Shown here one piece after another: positions 27,061 to 35,681 of a DNA stretch of 64,000 nucleotides. Both the position numbers and the translations under genes were made by a program. This DNA is from a virus. Its lineage: Duplodnaviria; Heunggongvirae; Uroviricota; Caudoviricetes. Within the stretch, counting starts at the first letter, position 1. Every line of letters starts with the position of its first letter. The DNA lies in IMG/VR virus record IMGVR_UViG_3300028298_000002. One strand, written 5' to 3'. A model generated the notes under the pieces. It searched no databases and was not told where the DNA came from. It saw nothing but the letters and a program-made list of their open reading frames with translations.

Positions 27061-27339
27061 TCATTTTCGATATTTTTCCATCATTTGATCATCGCAAACA
27101 ATTAACTTTCTGACGATATCCTTATCAGTAATTTTTTGTCCGTGTTCCCTGATGAAATCTTCATTGTGTCCAGCAAAATGAAGGTAGATAGCCCAATCGT
27201 TGCCACCGCCTTTTTTGGCAATCCATTTCAGCTTGTTTCCAGAACCAGTCATATTGATTCCTTCGGCATTGTCGGTTGCTATCCCTCTGTCGAAGATTTC
27301 GCCATATGGGATTTTATTGAAGTCGTCTGTTGTGACCAT
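27061..27339 (-). CDS. hypothetical protein (92 aa)
   Basis: ORF. Confidence 0.45.
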   Translation of the reverse strand: MVTTDDFNKIPYGEIFDRGIATDNAEGINMTGSGNKLKWIAKKGGGNDWAIYLHFAGHNEDFIREHGQKITDKDIVRKLIVCDDQMMEKYRK

Positions 27340-27911
27340 TATTTTCCCATTGCTTTTTTAGATGCTTCAAGCATTTGCTTTGCTTCATCAGTATTGATAA
27401 TTGCTAGGCGATTTACTGGCTTTGTAAAGTTCAAGGGAACGGTAGCACAAATAAATTTCATGTTAGTTTCGATGCATATGTCTTCGGGGGTAAATCCAAA
27501 GACTGCATCACCATTTTCGCCATAGGATCCATCTTCCGAAGGAGAAGCCATAACAAAATCGGTACTATATTGACCACCATCACCAGTTACCAGCTGTTCC
27601 GGGTTACTCAATTGTGAATTTACCGATGAAACTTTATTTACCTGATAAAAACCAATCGGATCAGAAACCCCTTCGATAAAAACATACATAAAAAATGTTA
27701 CCGTTTTATCATTCTGAAGTTTCTTCAGCTTGGTTAGGTTGTCGCGTTCCATCGACCAAGTAATTGTCGGCAACGGTTGGTTTTCAATCAATGTTCGTTG
27801 ATTGCTTTCTGTGTGTGCTTGTTCGGTAATTGCACTTGTGTTTGCTGGTTGTGATGGTTCACAAGATGCGAATGCTAATAAGGTAATAGCTACCATAAAT
27901 ATTTTTTTCAT
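27339..27911 (-). CDS. lipoprotein (signal peptide plus lipobox LAFASC)
   Basis: MKKIFMVAITLLAFASC... Confidence 0.6.
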   Translation of the reverse strand: MKKIFMVAITLLAFASCEPSQPANTSAITEQAHTESNQRTLIENQPLPTITWSMERDNLTKLKKLQNDKTVTFFMYVFIEGVSDPIGFYQVNKVSSVNSQLSNPEQLVTGDGGQYSTDFVMASPSEDGSYGENGDAVFGFTPEDICIETNMKFICATVPLNFTKPVNRLAIINTDEAKQMLEASKKAMGK

Positions 27912-27922
27912 TGTTTTAGTTT

Positions 27923-28321
27923 TTAGTAACAGTTAAAATCACTTGTTGATAATTGGTATGGAAGTGTGGACGATTTCCACAAGGAATGATTCCACATTTC
28001 CGATTTGGCATTGTAATCTTCAACCCATCGGTTAAGGTTGGTTTTGATGGTATTAATTCGCTGTGCCTTACTGAATTGGTCGAACATTTTATCGGTGTCT
28101 GGCAATTCTTTCATATTGCACAAATCGGTGTTCAGCTTTTTGCAAGTATTATAGGTGTCCTGAAATTCTTCGTATCGGATGATAGCGGTATTCGCAACAT
28201 CACTAGATCGGTTTAAGAACCAACTGATTCCAGCAACAATAAATACCAGTACAACGAACCAGATTAAAAGTTTTTTTACCTTTTTTTCTGCATATTCATA
28301 TTCTTCATTTCCTGTGTTCAT
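27923..28321 (-). CDS. membrane-anchored protein (single N-terminal TM helix), LemA-like topology
   Basis: KKLLIWFVVLVFIVAGISWFL, followed by a soluble domain. Confidence 0.45.
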   Translation of the reverse strand: MNTGNEEYEYAEKKVKKLLIWFVVLVFIVAGISWFLNRSSDVANTAIIRYEEFQDTYNTCKKLNTDLCNMKELPDTDKMFDQFSKAQRINTIKTNLNRWVEDYNAKSEMWNHSLWKSSTLPYQLSTSDFNCY

Positions 28322-28344
28322 TTTTTTAGTTTTTAGGTTAGTAA

Positions 28345-29184
28345 TTATCTTCCAGTTGGCAATGTAAGGTTTGTACTATTCTTTGTGTCCATCACGATAA
28401 GAGTATTCTTAGAAGCACTTCCAATTTTTTCTAAAACTTCCAATCGTCTTGATTCAAGGTATTGTGGATTTTTTCTTATTGCTTCGCCAAGCATGTTGGC
28501 AGCTTCTACCTGGTTTTTAGCAGCAACTAGTTTATTTTTGCTGTCAAGGATGGTTGGATCTTCTTTTACGTTCGAAAGCTGTGCATTTAAAATCTCAAAT
28601 GGAGCTTTTGACTGCTTGATGACATTTATTACCATTAACGATATTTCAGCGTTAATTTCGCTATAATGGGCATAAACGCTATCAACATTCTGATACTTAG
28701 CAAATATTCCACGAACATTACCGCGAATGGTCATTTTTGCAAATTGGTTGTAAACGGATTCGATTTTAATTATTGATACACGCGAATCAGAGGTCGGTGT
28801 CGGAGAAATCATTGCATAAATACCATCTCTTAATTTTTTATCTTGTGGGATAGCTACTTGGGCGTAGATATCCACAGCCACTGGCGCTCCATCTTTTGTT
28901 CTTACACGATGATCGCCAGGCTTGGAAGAATCGCCACCTTCAGCATCAAAACTTTCTTTAATCGTGGTAGTTGTAACTTCCAATAATACAAGCGAAGTAG
29001 ATGTTCCATTTCCATTTTCATCACCCAAATCTACTTGTCCAGATTCAAGGATTGCATCAGCAAATCCAGTAGGGGTTAATTCTTTTCCAACAAATCCTGA
29101 TGGGATTGTTTTTACTACATTTCCACAGCTGGAAAAGGTTAGTGCCGAAGCGATAAGCATTACTGCTAAAATTGTTTTTTTCAT
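28345..29184 (-). CDS. lipoprotein with SPFH/band-7 (stomatin-prohibitin-like) domain
   Basis: Lipobox LTFSSC. Central and C-terminal segments resemble the SPFH core followed by an Ala/Glu-rich helix (KNKLVAAKNQVEAANMLGEA). Confidence 0.5.
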   Translation of the reverse strand: MKKTILAVMLIASALTFSSCGNVVKTIPSGFVGKELTPTGFADAILESGQVDLGDENGNGTSTSLVLLEVTTTTIKESFDAEGGDSSKPGDHRVRTKDGAPVAVDIYAQVAIPQDKKLRDGIYAMISPTPTSDSRVSIIKIESVYNQFAKMTIRGNVRGIFAKYQNVDSVYAHYSEINAEISLMVINVIKQSKAPFEILNAQLSNVKEDPTILDSKNKLVAAKNQVEAANMLGEAIRKNPQYLESRRLEVLEKIGSASKNTLIVMDTKNSTNLTLPTGR

Positions 29185-29190
29185 TTGTTC

Positions 29191-29201
29191 TAGTTAGTTA
29201 G
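29191..29201 (-). promoter_or_regulatory. CTAACTAACTA motif 6 nt upstream of ATG of 28345..29184
   Basis: Plus strand reads tagttagttag. Confidence 0.5.
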
Positions 29202-29211
29202 GAATTAATTT

Positions 29212-29505
29212 TTATTTATTTTTAGTAGTATCCGCTACCATTCGGTCTTCAAAGTTGTTACGCATTTCGTTATTGAGTGTGCGGTCGATTGTGTTGCGTG
29301 GAATGTTGTCCACCGACATTAATACGACAAGCCACCAGATTGAAAAGAATAGTGTCAGAAGGGTGATGAACCAGGCGATTTTATTTACCCAATTTTTCGC
29401 TTCTGGATCAGCGTATTTTTTAACTGTTGTAGCCAAAATCCAAATTAGGATTAGCGAAAATAATAATGTGATTAGTGCCGGTAAGATTATGCGAAATGTG
29501 TCCAT
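29212..29505 (-). CDS. membrane protein (2-3 TM)
   Basis: Hydrophobic helices. Confidence 0.5.
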   Translation of the reverse strand: MDTFRIILPALITLLFSLILIWILATTVKKYADPEAKNWVNKIAWFITLLTLFFSIWWLVVLMSVDNIPRNTIDRTLNNEMRNNFEDRMVADTTKNK

Positions 29506-29510
29506 TTTTT

Positions 29511-29738
29511 TTAAGATTTAGTTGTTGTTATTTTATTTTCTTTATTGCATTTCATTAATTTGTCTTTAATCACCTCTACTTGTTCTTCGGTCAAATCAGC
29601 GTATCGAAGAGAAATATTAAGATGAATATTAAAAGTAGTATTAATCTTAATTTTTTCAGTAGGCTTAAATCCCATTGCATTCAGCATATTCATTACTGAA
29701 GCTTTATCTCGTTCATTTATTTGGATTATAGCTTCCAC
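29511..29738 (-). CDS. hypothetical protein (75 aa)
   Basis: ORF. Confidence 0.4.
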   Translation of the reverse strand: MEAIIQINERDKASVMNMLNAMGFKPTEKIKINTTFNIHLNISLRYADLTEEQVEVIKDKLMKCNKENKITTTKS

Positions 29739-30068
29739 CTATTTTACAATTTTACAATTCATTGCTGCTATTGAATATCCCTTCCCTTCTTGCGTAAGTG
29801 AATAAACACCGCCATCGTGAAATTCAATGTAGAAGCCATAAGCTACAAAATCAATATCCCAATCATCACGTCCCATAGTGAATTCGCCATAGCAAACCTT
29901 CATTGGCTTTTCAGATTTTCCGATTTCAGGCAAACTTTCAATTAAAATTAAATCGCCAACAAGAATCACTTCTTTATCTTTTGATAGGAATGGTGTTTGT
30001 TTTGTTTTCATTAGTTCGGTAAATCTTTTTGTTCTGGTTTTCCAGCCATTTGTGCAAAAGATGAACAT
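29739..30068 (-). CDS. hypothetical protein (109 aa)
   Basis: ORF. Confidence 0.45.
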   Translation of the reverse strand: MFIFCTNGWKTRTKRFTELMKTKQTPFLSKDKEVILVGDLILIESLPEIGKSEKPMKVCYGEFTMGRDDWDIDFVAYGFYIEFHDGGVYSLTQEGKGYSIAAMNCKIVK

Positions 30069-30256
30069 ATTTCATAGGCATCTTCCATTGATATAACATC
30101 CACCACTTCCACTTCCCAATCTGGTTTTTCTTGCTTATTAGCTTTTGCTACATCGTTAAAAAATCCCATTAGCGAATTAGCCGCTTGTTCTGTTTCAAAA
30201 TACATTATATGTTTTTTTCCGTTTAAGTCCGAAACAACTTTAAGTATCGTTTTCAT
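30011..30256 (-). CDS. hypothetical protein (81 aa)
   Basis: ORF. Overlaps its downstream neighbour by 58 nt. Confidence 0.4.
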   Translation of the reverse strand: MKTILKVVSDLNGKKHIMYFETEQAANSLMGFFNDVAKANKQEKPDWEVEVVDVISMEDAYEICSSFAQMAGKPEQKDLPN

Positions 30257-30261
30257 TTTGT

Positions 30262-30630
30262 TTAATCTCTTGGTTTATTTCGATGTTTTTTGTGTCCAGC
30301 TTTACGATTTCTGTATTCCCAGTTTCTTCCTGGATCCACAAGAATGCTATCCGAATAAAACCAATCTGAAAATGCTTCCAGCGTTGTATTGACATAGAAA
30401 ATCTTACTTCCATATCGTAACACAACACACCAGTGGCGATGCGAATCCTTAACATCGTAAAGGAATTCGTAATAATAATCCACTAATCGTCTTTCGAACC
30501 TAATTGGCTTACAAGAATCTTGAAATCCTTGAAAGTTCGGTTTTACTTGCATGGCGTTCCATACACCATACTTTTCATAGTTCGCACGGTATTTGTCGCT
30601 GAAGGCTTCGTTTTTTGGTTGTTCTTCCAT
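30262..30630 (-). CDS. hypothetical protein (122 aa)
   Basis: ORF. Confidence 0.5.
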   Translation of the reverse strand: MEEQPKNEAFSDKYRANYEKYGVWNAMQVKPNFQGFQDSCKPIRFERRLVDYYYEFLYDVKDSHRHWCVVLRYGSKIFYVNTTLEAFSDWFYSDSILVDPGRNWEYRNRKAGHKKHRNKPRD

Positions 30631-30975
30631 TTAATTTTTTAAAGCTTTAATTAGTTCATCAAATTCATTTAAATTAATGTTTCCTTTTTGTTCATTTCTT
30701 TCTACCCAAGCATCTCTACATTTATTTGCTTCTTCACAGGTTAGGGCGAAAAGACCAAATGGTGTACTTAATGATTTAATGCTTTTTTCACTAATTGGAC
30801 GATCATTATCTGTGATTAAAGTCATCGATATTTCTTTTCTATACCATTCATAACTCAATATGAACTGAGCATATGGTCCACAAGGGCCATAGCCCATTTG
30901 GTGTTTCTTAACTCTGTTGGAATCAATGAATTTTAGCCACAAAAATATTGCTTGTTCTTTTGTAATTGCTTCCAT
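30631..30975 (-). CDS. hypothetical protein (114 aa)
   Basis: ORF. Confidence 0.5.
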   Translation of the reverse strand: MEAITKEQAIFLWLKFIDSNRVKKHQMGYGPCGPYAQFILSYEWYRKEISMTLITDNDRPISEKSIKSLSTPFGLFALTCEEANKCRDAWVERNEQKGNINLNEFDELIKALKN

Positions 30976-31211
30976 TACGGATTCAGTTGTTTATCAATGA
31001 AATCAATTAAGTCATTAATCGTTTTAATGCTTTCAGCATCTTCATCTGGGATAGATACTTTGAATTCGCTTTCAAAATCCATAATGGATTCAAGAACATC
31101 TAAGGAATCCATTCCAGTGTCTTCGATTTTTGTGTCTTTATCTGTTGTTACAACATCGTACTTGTTTTTTAGGATTTTTAATATTCCTACTTCGATTTCG
31201 TTTTTGTTCAT
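30975..31211 (-). CDS. acyl carrier protein-like (phosphopantetheine-attachment) protein, 78 aa
   Basis: EDTGMDSLDVLESIMDFESEFKVSIPDE matches the ACP DSL serine motif and helix II. Start ATG 31211-31209 overlaps the TGA stop of 31208..32749 (ATGA). The longer ORF to 31316 only adds a basic extension overlapping that gene. Confidence 0.7.
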   Translation of the reverse strand: MNKNEIEVGILKILKNKYDVVTTDKDTKIEDTGMDSLDVLESIMDFESEFKVSIPDEDAESIKTINDLIDFIDKQLNP

Positions 31212-32749
31212 TGGTTGAGTTTTTTTCTGATTTCTGTTAGTGTTGTTTGATTTTTTAGTACTCCGTTTTCGTAGATTACTTGAAGCAATCCTTGACTTTC
31301 TTCTTCGAAAGAACATTCTTCCTTACAAACGATTTTTCCTTCGTCTTCAGTAATCATTATCAATCCTTTTAATGATTTCTTAGTTCCATCATCCGTGATA
31401 GGTTCTTTGTAAATATTGTAGCCAGTTCCGTTAGCTTCAAACCAAGCTCCTTTTGCTGCAAACCCAAGTGTATCACGGGTATTCATCTGATAAGTGTAGC
31501 TTCCCACGCCTAATACGATATTGGTAGCTGCAAAGCCTTTTTGTTCTAATCGGTGGTAGATTTCAACTTGGCGATCAAGTGTGATGCTATCGCCATAAAT
31601 TGCACCGATATGGGAATCTAAAACTTTATATCCTTGTTCATTAATCGTTCCACCGAAGATATCCCAAAGTAATTCAATAACGCCTTTAGTTTCAGATTCA
31701 GTTACATTTTCTTTAAGTGTTTTGTATTTAGGAGGATTGCTAACTAAATTAGTAGGTTTTTCACCATTATATTTAAGAAAGGTATCTTTTCTACCACCTA
31801 AACCACAAATAATATCCACTGGATTTCCGCTGTCGGGACGGATAACCAATTTGCCATCACGCGACATAATTAATTCTTTGTTAGCAGGGAGGTATTCTGT
31901 AATTAACTTCCATAAGTCAAACGTATCTGATACAATTGAAAGAATACCCGTTGGAAACTCTTTCAGCCAATCAGCAATCATTTGCTGTTCCCCAACAGTA
32001 AATATTTTGGTGGTTGATACCGAATGTTCGGAAGCATTAACAGAATTTATGCATACTTCGTTTTCTGGTTCGTTGTAGAAATATCTTGCACCTGGAATAA
32101 CAATTAGTGCATCAGATCCACGATGGCTACTAGCATGTCCTAATCCACTTGATAACATATCCCAAGGGGATAATCCTCTAGCACTAAAATCGTGGCATAA
32201 GTAATCAATCAACCAGGCGTTTTGCGGATCCGTTTTCATAACCCATTCAACAGCATTTCTTCTGTATTGCAAAGCGATTGTTGCGGATGTCGATGGCTTC
32301 CAAGCTAAACTTGAAACAATGGTTTCCAAATACAAGGTCAGCCAAGCAAAGCCATCTACCGTATTGATAAATGTCATATGAGGGACGTTTGGCTGTGTTT
32401 CTATCCCTTCAGGTAAACTTTTAATGCGAATAGGTAAATAACCCAGCTTATGCAATTCAGCGAAGTGGTCCGCATTATATTCTTGCATTAGGTACATTCC
32501 CATATCCTTACCAAATTTCATTGCATCTTCCAAAGGAAGGCTGAAGAAGTTTTCAGCAAATTCGTCATGTAGCCAACGAACAACAATTTGTTGTCCAAAT
32601 GATACTATTTTTGAAACGCCTGTTGGAGCGTATTTGATGCTACGCGGAATCCACGTTCCATATAATTTTGTTGTACCTGGTGCCAACATTCTTTTGTGTG
32701 ATGTCTTATACCCATCGGTATAAAATAATGTGTTTGGTTTAAAGCTCAT
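31208..32749 (-). CDS. nicotinamide phosphoribosyltransferase family protein (NadV/NAMPT homolog; possibly Namat-type)
   Basis: 513 aa. N-terminus FYTDGYKTSHKRMLAPGTTKLYGTWIPRS (NAMPT-type TDSYKxxH). Length and overall pattern match phage NadV. Confidence 0.8.
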   Translation of the reverse strand: MSFKPNTLFYTDGYKTSHKRMLAPGTTKLYGTWIPRSIKYAPTGVSKIVSFGQQIVVRWLHDEFAENFFSLPLEDAMKFGKDMGMYLMQEYNADHFAELHKLGYLPIRIKSLPEGIETQPNVPHMTFINTVDGFAWLTLYLETIVSSLAWKPSTSATIALQYRRNAVEWVMKTDPQNAWLIDYLCHDFSARGLSPWDMLSSGLGHASSHRGSDALIVIPGARYFYNEPENEVCINSVNASEHSVSTTKIFTVGEQQMIADWLKEFPTGILSIVSDTFDLWKLITEYLPANKELIMSRDGKLVIRPDSGNPVDIICGLGGRKDTFLKYNGEKPTNLVSNPPKYKTLKENVTESETKGVIELLWDIFGGTINEQGYKVLDSHIGAIYGDSITLDRQVEIYHRLEQKGFAATNIVLGVGSYTYQMNTRDTLGFAAKGAWFEANGTGYNIYKEPITDDGTKKSLKGLIMITEDEGKIVCKEECSFEEESQGLLQVIYENGVLKNQTTLTEIRKKLNQ

Positions 32750-33236
32750 GTTTTTCTAAATATTTTATTGCGTTAATTAATACATTTTTATTATCTTTTA
32801 ATAATCCAAGAGCCCTGTTGCATGTGTTACATAATAACCCTCTTATTCGTCCAGTTTCGTGATCGTGGTCAACAGATAGTACTTTATTCCTGTAATATGT
32901 TTCTGGTTCATTACAAATAGCGCACAACCCATTTTGTGAAGCATTTAATTTGTCGTAATCTTTAATATCAAGATTGAAATTTCTTTTTAAATGAGCTCTT
33001 CGTGAAGACAAAACCCCTCTTTCTGAATTATAAAAAATCAATCTGTTAATTTTTTGAGAATCATTTTTATTTTTCTGCTTTTCAGGCGATTTCTTGTAAT
33101 AATCATTGTATTGTTCATTTCTACACGATTTACAACGAAATGTCAGTCCATCTTTGCTATATTTATCTTTAGCAAAATCTCCAAACGGTTTATTTTTTAA
33201 ACATTTTGTACACTTTTTTTTGTTCAAAAAGCTCAT
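32739..33236 (-). CDS. endonuclease VII (T4 gp49-like Holliday junction resolvase family)
   Basis: CAICNEPE...LSVDHDHETGRIRGLLCNTCNRALG. Confidence 0.8.
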   Translation of the reverse strand: MSFLNKKKCTKCLKNKPFGDFAKDKYSKDGLTFRCKSCRNEQYNDYYKKSPEKQKNKNDSQKINRLIFYNSERGVLSSRRAHLKRNFNLDIKDYDKLNASQNGLCAICNEPETYYRNKVLSVDHDHETGRIRGLLCNTCNRALGLLKDNKNVLINAIKYLEKHEL

Positions 33237-33256
33237 TTTTTTTTAGTTTTAATTAA

Positions 33257-33700
33257 TTATTCCATATTTTGTGTGGTAAGCTTTTGCGTTTGCTGGTATC
33301 CTCTGTATCGGTACATTGCTTCTTCCAATATATCCAATGCTTGTGTCAATCCACTTCTGTCGCAAAGGTTTATGTTGTAATAGATTTTTCCATTGTGTCC
33401 ATATGGAAGTTCAATTGGATTTTTATTTATTGAACTTATTGGAATTTTCAATTCTTCGCAATGTTTTTGTATTTCTTCAAAACGGCTAACATCACTAGCA
33501 GTGAATATCACGATATACGCCCCAGTGTAGTGAGCTTCTTGAAGCAGCTTAATTGTTCGTTCAACATCTTCTTTGTTATCTAAACCCCAATACTTAACTG
33601 TATCGTCCCAATCAGCACTGATGATGATTTTCCCGTGTTGTAGCCATTCTTGGTACAATCGATTGATGTACGTTTCTATTTTACTTAGTTCTGGTTTCAT
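33257..33700 (-). CDS. HAD-superfamily-like hydrolase (DxDxT)
   Basis: ISADWDDTVKYW motif I. Confidence 0.45.
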   Translation of the reverse strand: MKPELSKIETYINRLYQEWLQHGKIIISADWDDTVKYWGLDNKEDVERTIKLLQEAHYTGAYIVIFTASDVSRFEEIQKHCEELKIPISSINKNPIELPYGHNGKIYYNINLCDRSGLTQALDILEEAMYRYRGYQQTQKLTTQNME

Positions 33701-33703
33701 CGC

Positions 33704-34156
33704 TTATAATTCGTTTGAAAGTTCGGTGATTATTTTACCTAAAAGATTATCTCCCCAATCGAAAATGTTTTCTAAGGCATTTTCTTCTGCATATCCTATT
33801 CCCCATATTCTGTCGTATGGCGATGCTTCAACAAAGGTTTTCCCTTTGTGGCTCAATAATTCAGCTTTCATATCAGGATTTTGGTTGAATTTTTCCTTCA
33901 AACCTTTTTTTACTAAATCGTATCTTACTTCATTCCATACAATAGGATTAAAGTTCTGAACGGATCTGCCAAGTTCTTTTTGATCTCTTGGGTGCTTAGT
34001 AGCTAAAATCTTTTTTGCTGTATCAAAATCGTTAAATGTGATTGCTTTTTGATACATCATATATTGTTCGCCACAGCTGTATTTTATTCCATCAATCGTA
34101 AAGAATGATTCAATCCAGTTGCTAAATGTTCCGTTCCAAAAGAAGAAGTATTCCAT
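33704..34156 (-). CDS. NADAR (DUF1768/YbiA-like) domain protein
   Basis: FSNWIESFFTIDGIKYSCGEQYMMYQKA...LGRSVQNF...VEASPYDRIWGIGY matches the NADAR consensus. Confidence 0.8.
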   Translation of the reverse strand: MEYFFFWNGTFSNWIESFFTIDGIKYSCGEQYMMYQKAITFNDFDTAKKILATKHPRDQKELGRSVQNFNPIVWNEVRYDLVKKGLKEKFNQNPDMKAELLSHKGKTFVEASPYDRIWGIGYAEENALENIFDWGDNLLGKIITELSNEL

Positions 34157-34157
34157 A

Positions 34158-35018
34158 TTAAAAAATATTTAATTGTTTTACAAATGGTTCACACGCTGTT
34201 AATGTTTGATAGCTATTGGTACAATATACACCATCAAAAGATTGTTGTAATTCGCCAAAGCCTTTAGAAAAAATACCATGCGTTACCACTAAGTATATTT
34301 TATTTTTCCAGCCGTTAGCTTTCAGTTCTTTTGCAATATTGATAAAGGTTGCACCACCATCACAGATGTCGTCAATTATTACCGCATCTTTGTTTGAATT
34401 CCACAAATCGCCCATTGGAACAACGACTTTGCTTAGTTCCCCATTGGCACCTCTTGACTTGCTGCACGTAACAATGTCCCCTTTGAAAGAAACGTAATCA
34501 GCTACTTTGTATATTTTTTTCAAAGCCCCGCCATCAGGGGAAATAAATATCACGTCCTGGTCCTTGTTGTTTATTTGCGTCAAAGCCCACTTAACAAATT
34601 CACAATTATCTTTTTTAATGAAGTTGTTTAATCCCATTTCCAGACAATCTGAATGCGGATCGAGTATAGTGATAGAAGATATCTGCATTGCATTTATAAG
34701 AGGGCAAACAACTGTTTTAAGGTAATTGTTAGATCCTTCTTCAAACTTCCGGTCAGAACGAGCCCCAAGGATGTAAGGGGAATACAAATGTATCTGTTCA
34801 ACACCCAATCCTTTTAACGATGCTATGGCACACATAATAAGTTCCAAGTCCATAAAATTGTTCAATCGACTTTTGATTGTAACACTTCTATGTTCTATGG
34901 TGGGTGGATAAGACCAAGAATAAGGAGCTATTTTAACTTGTTGTTGTCCATCAGGGAATTTACTTATAGTGTAAACTATTTCTGATTGGCTTTCGTCTAT
35001 TAGGTTTAGTGTCTTCAT
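34158..35018 (-). CDS. ribose-phosphate pyrophosphokinase family protein (Prs homolog; possibly Adps-type)
   Basis: Prs motifs IHLYSPYILGARSDRK, LDPHSD, FISPDGGA, and PRPP loop AVIIDDICDGGATF. Confidence 0.75.
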   Translation of the reverse strand: MKTLNLIDESQSEIVYTISKFPDGQQQVKIAPYSWSYPPTIEHRSVTIKSRLNNFMDLELIMCAIASLKGLGVEQIHLYSPYILGARSDRKFEEGSNNYLKTVVCPLINAMQISSITILDPHSDCLEMGLNNFIKKDNCEFVKWALTQINNKDQDVIFISPDGGALKKIYKVADYVSFKGDIVTCSKSRGANGELSKVVVPMGDLWNSNKDAVIIDDICDGGATFINIAKELKANGWKNKIYLVVTHGIFSKGFGELQQSFDGVYCTNSYQTLTACEPFVKQLNIF

Positions 35019-35027
35019 TTTATATAT

Positions 35028-35318
35028 TTAACAAGCCATACACAGCTGATTATCTGCTGAAGGCTGAATGTTCGATTTTACTTTTTTTAAGATTTCAATC
35101 ATTACATCAATGCTACTAGGATCAAAAAATTCAAGCTCTACTTTTGGTAGTGGCTTTCGGTCCTCTTTTTTGCATTGGGCGTTAATGTCCATCGGTCTTT
35201 CCAATTCTTGTAGCACTAAGAATCTTCCAGCTACACCAACTGCAATAGTTCCTTTACCTTCTTTTCCAAAGGTTACGGCTGTGATTTGTTTTTCTTCGTG
35301 GTGCTTTATCATTACCAA
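35028..35318 (-). CDS. hypothetical protein (96 aa)
   Basis: ORF. Confidence 0.45.
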   Translation of the reverse strand: MVMIKHHEEKQITAVTFGKEGKGTIAVGVAGRFLVLQELERPMDINAQCKKEDRKPLPKVELEFFDPSSIDVMIEILKKVKSNIQPSADNQLCMAC

Positions 35319-35515
35319 GTATCTCTTTTTAGTTTTTCAAGTTCAATTTGCAAGTCCATAAACTTTTTACGGATTTCATTCAATTCTTTTTCGTGATCAG
35401 CTTTCCATTCTCCTGATTCTATCCTTTTTTCAGCAGCACTATTAAATGCCTTGAAACCGCTAAGAATCTTGTCAATTGGTTCTTCCAACGCTTGATTATC
35501 TGGTCTATATCCCAT
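35312..35515 (-). CDS. hypothetical protein (67 aa)
   Basis: ORF. Confidence 0.4.
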   Translation of the reverse strand: MGYRPDNQALEEPIDKILSGFKAFNSAAEKRIESGEWKADHEKELNEIRKKFMDLQIELEKLKRDTW

Positions 35516-35681
35516 TTTATTTTTTTAAAACATTGGCGGTGGTTTGTGTTGCCTACTCATAGTCAAAGCTAACTTAGAAGTGATTATTAAAGCTCCCGAA
35601 ATTCACCCTCGTTTGAAGCGGTGTTTCGCCCTCTACAAATCATCATCACTTGCGATGTGTGTTACCACCAATGTTATTTTT

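Noticed and set aside
30240-30455. ORF 30240..30455 (71 aa)
   Set aside because: Nested inside 30262..30630 in another frame on the same strand, which is the better-supported reading.
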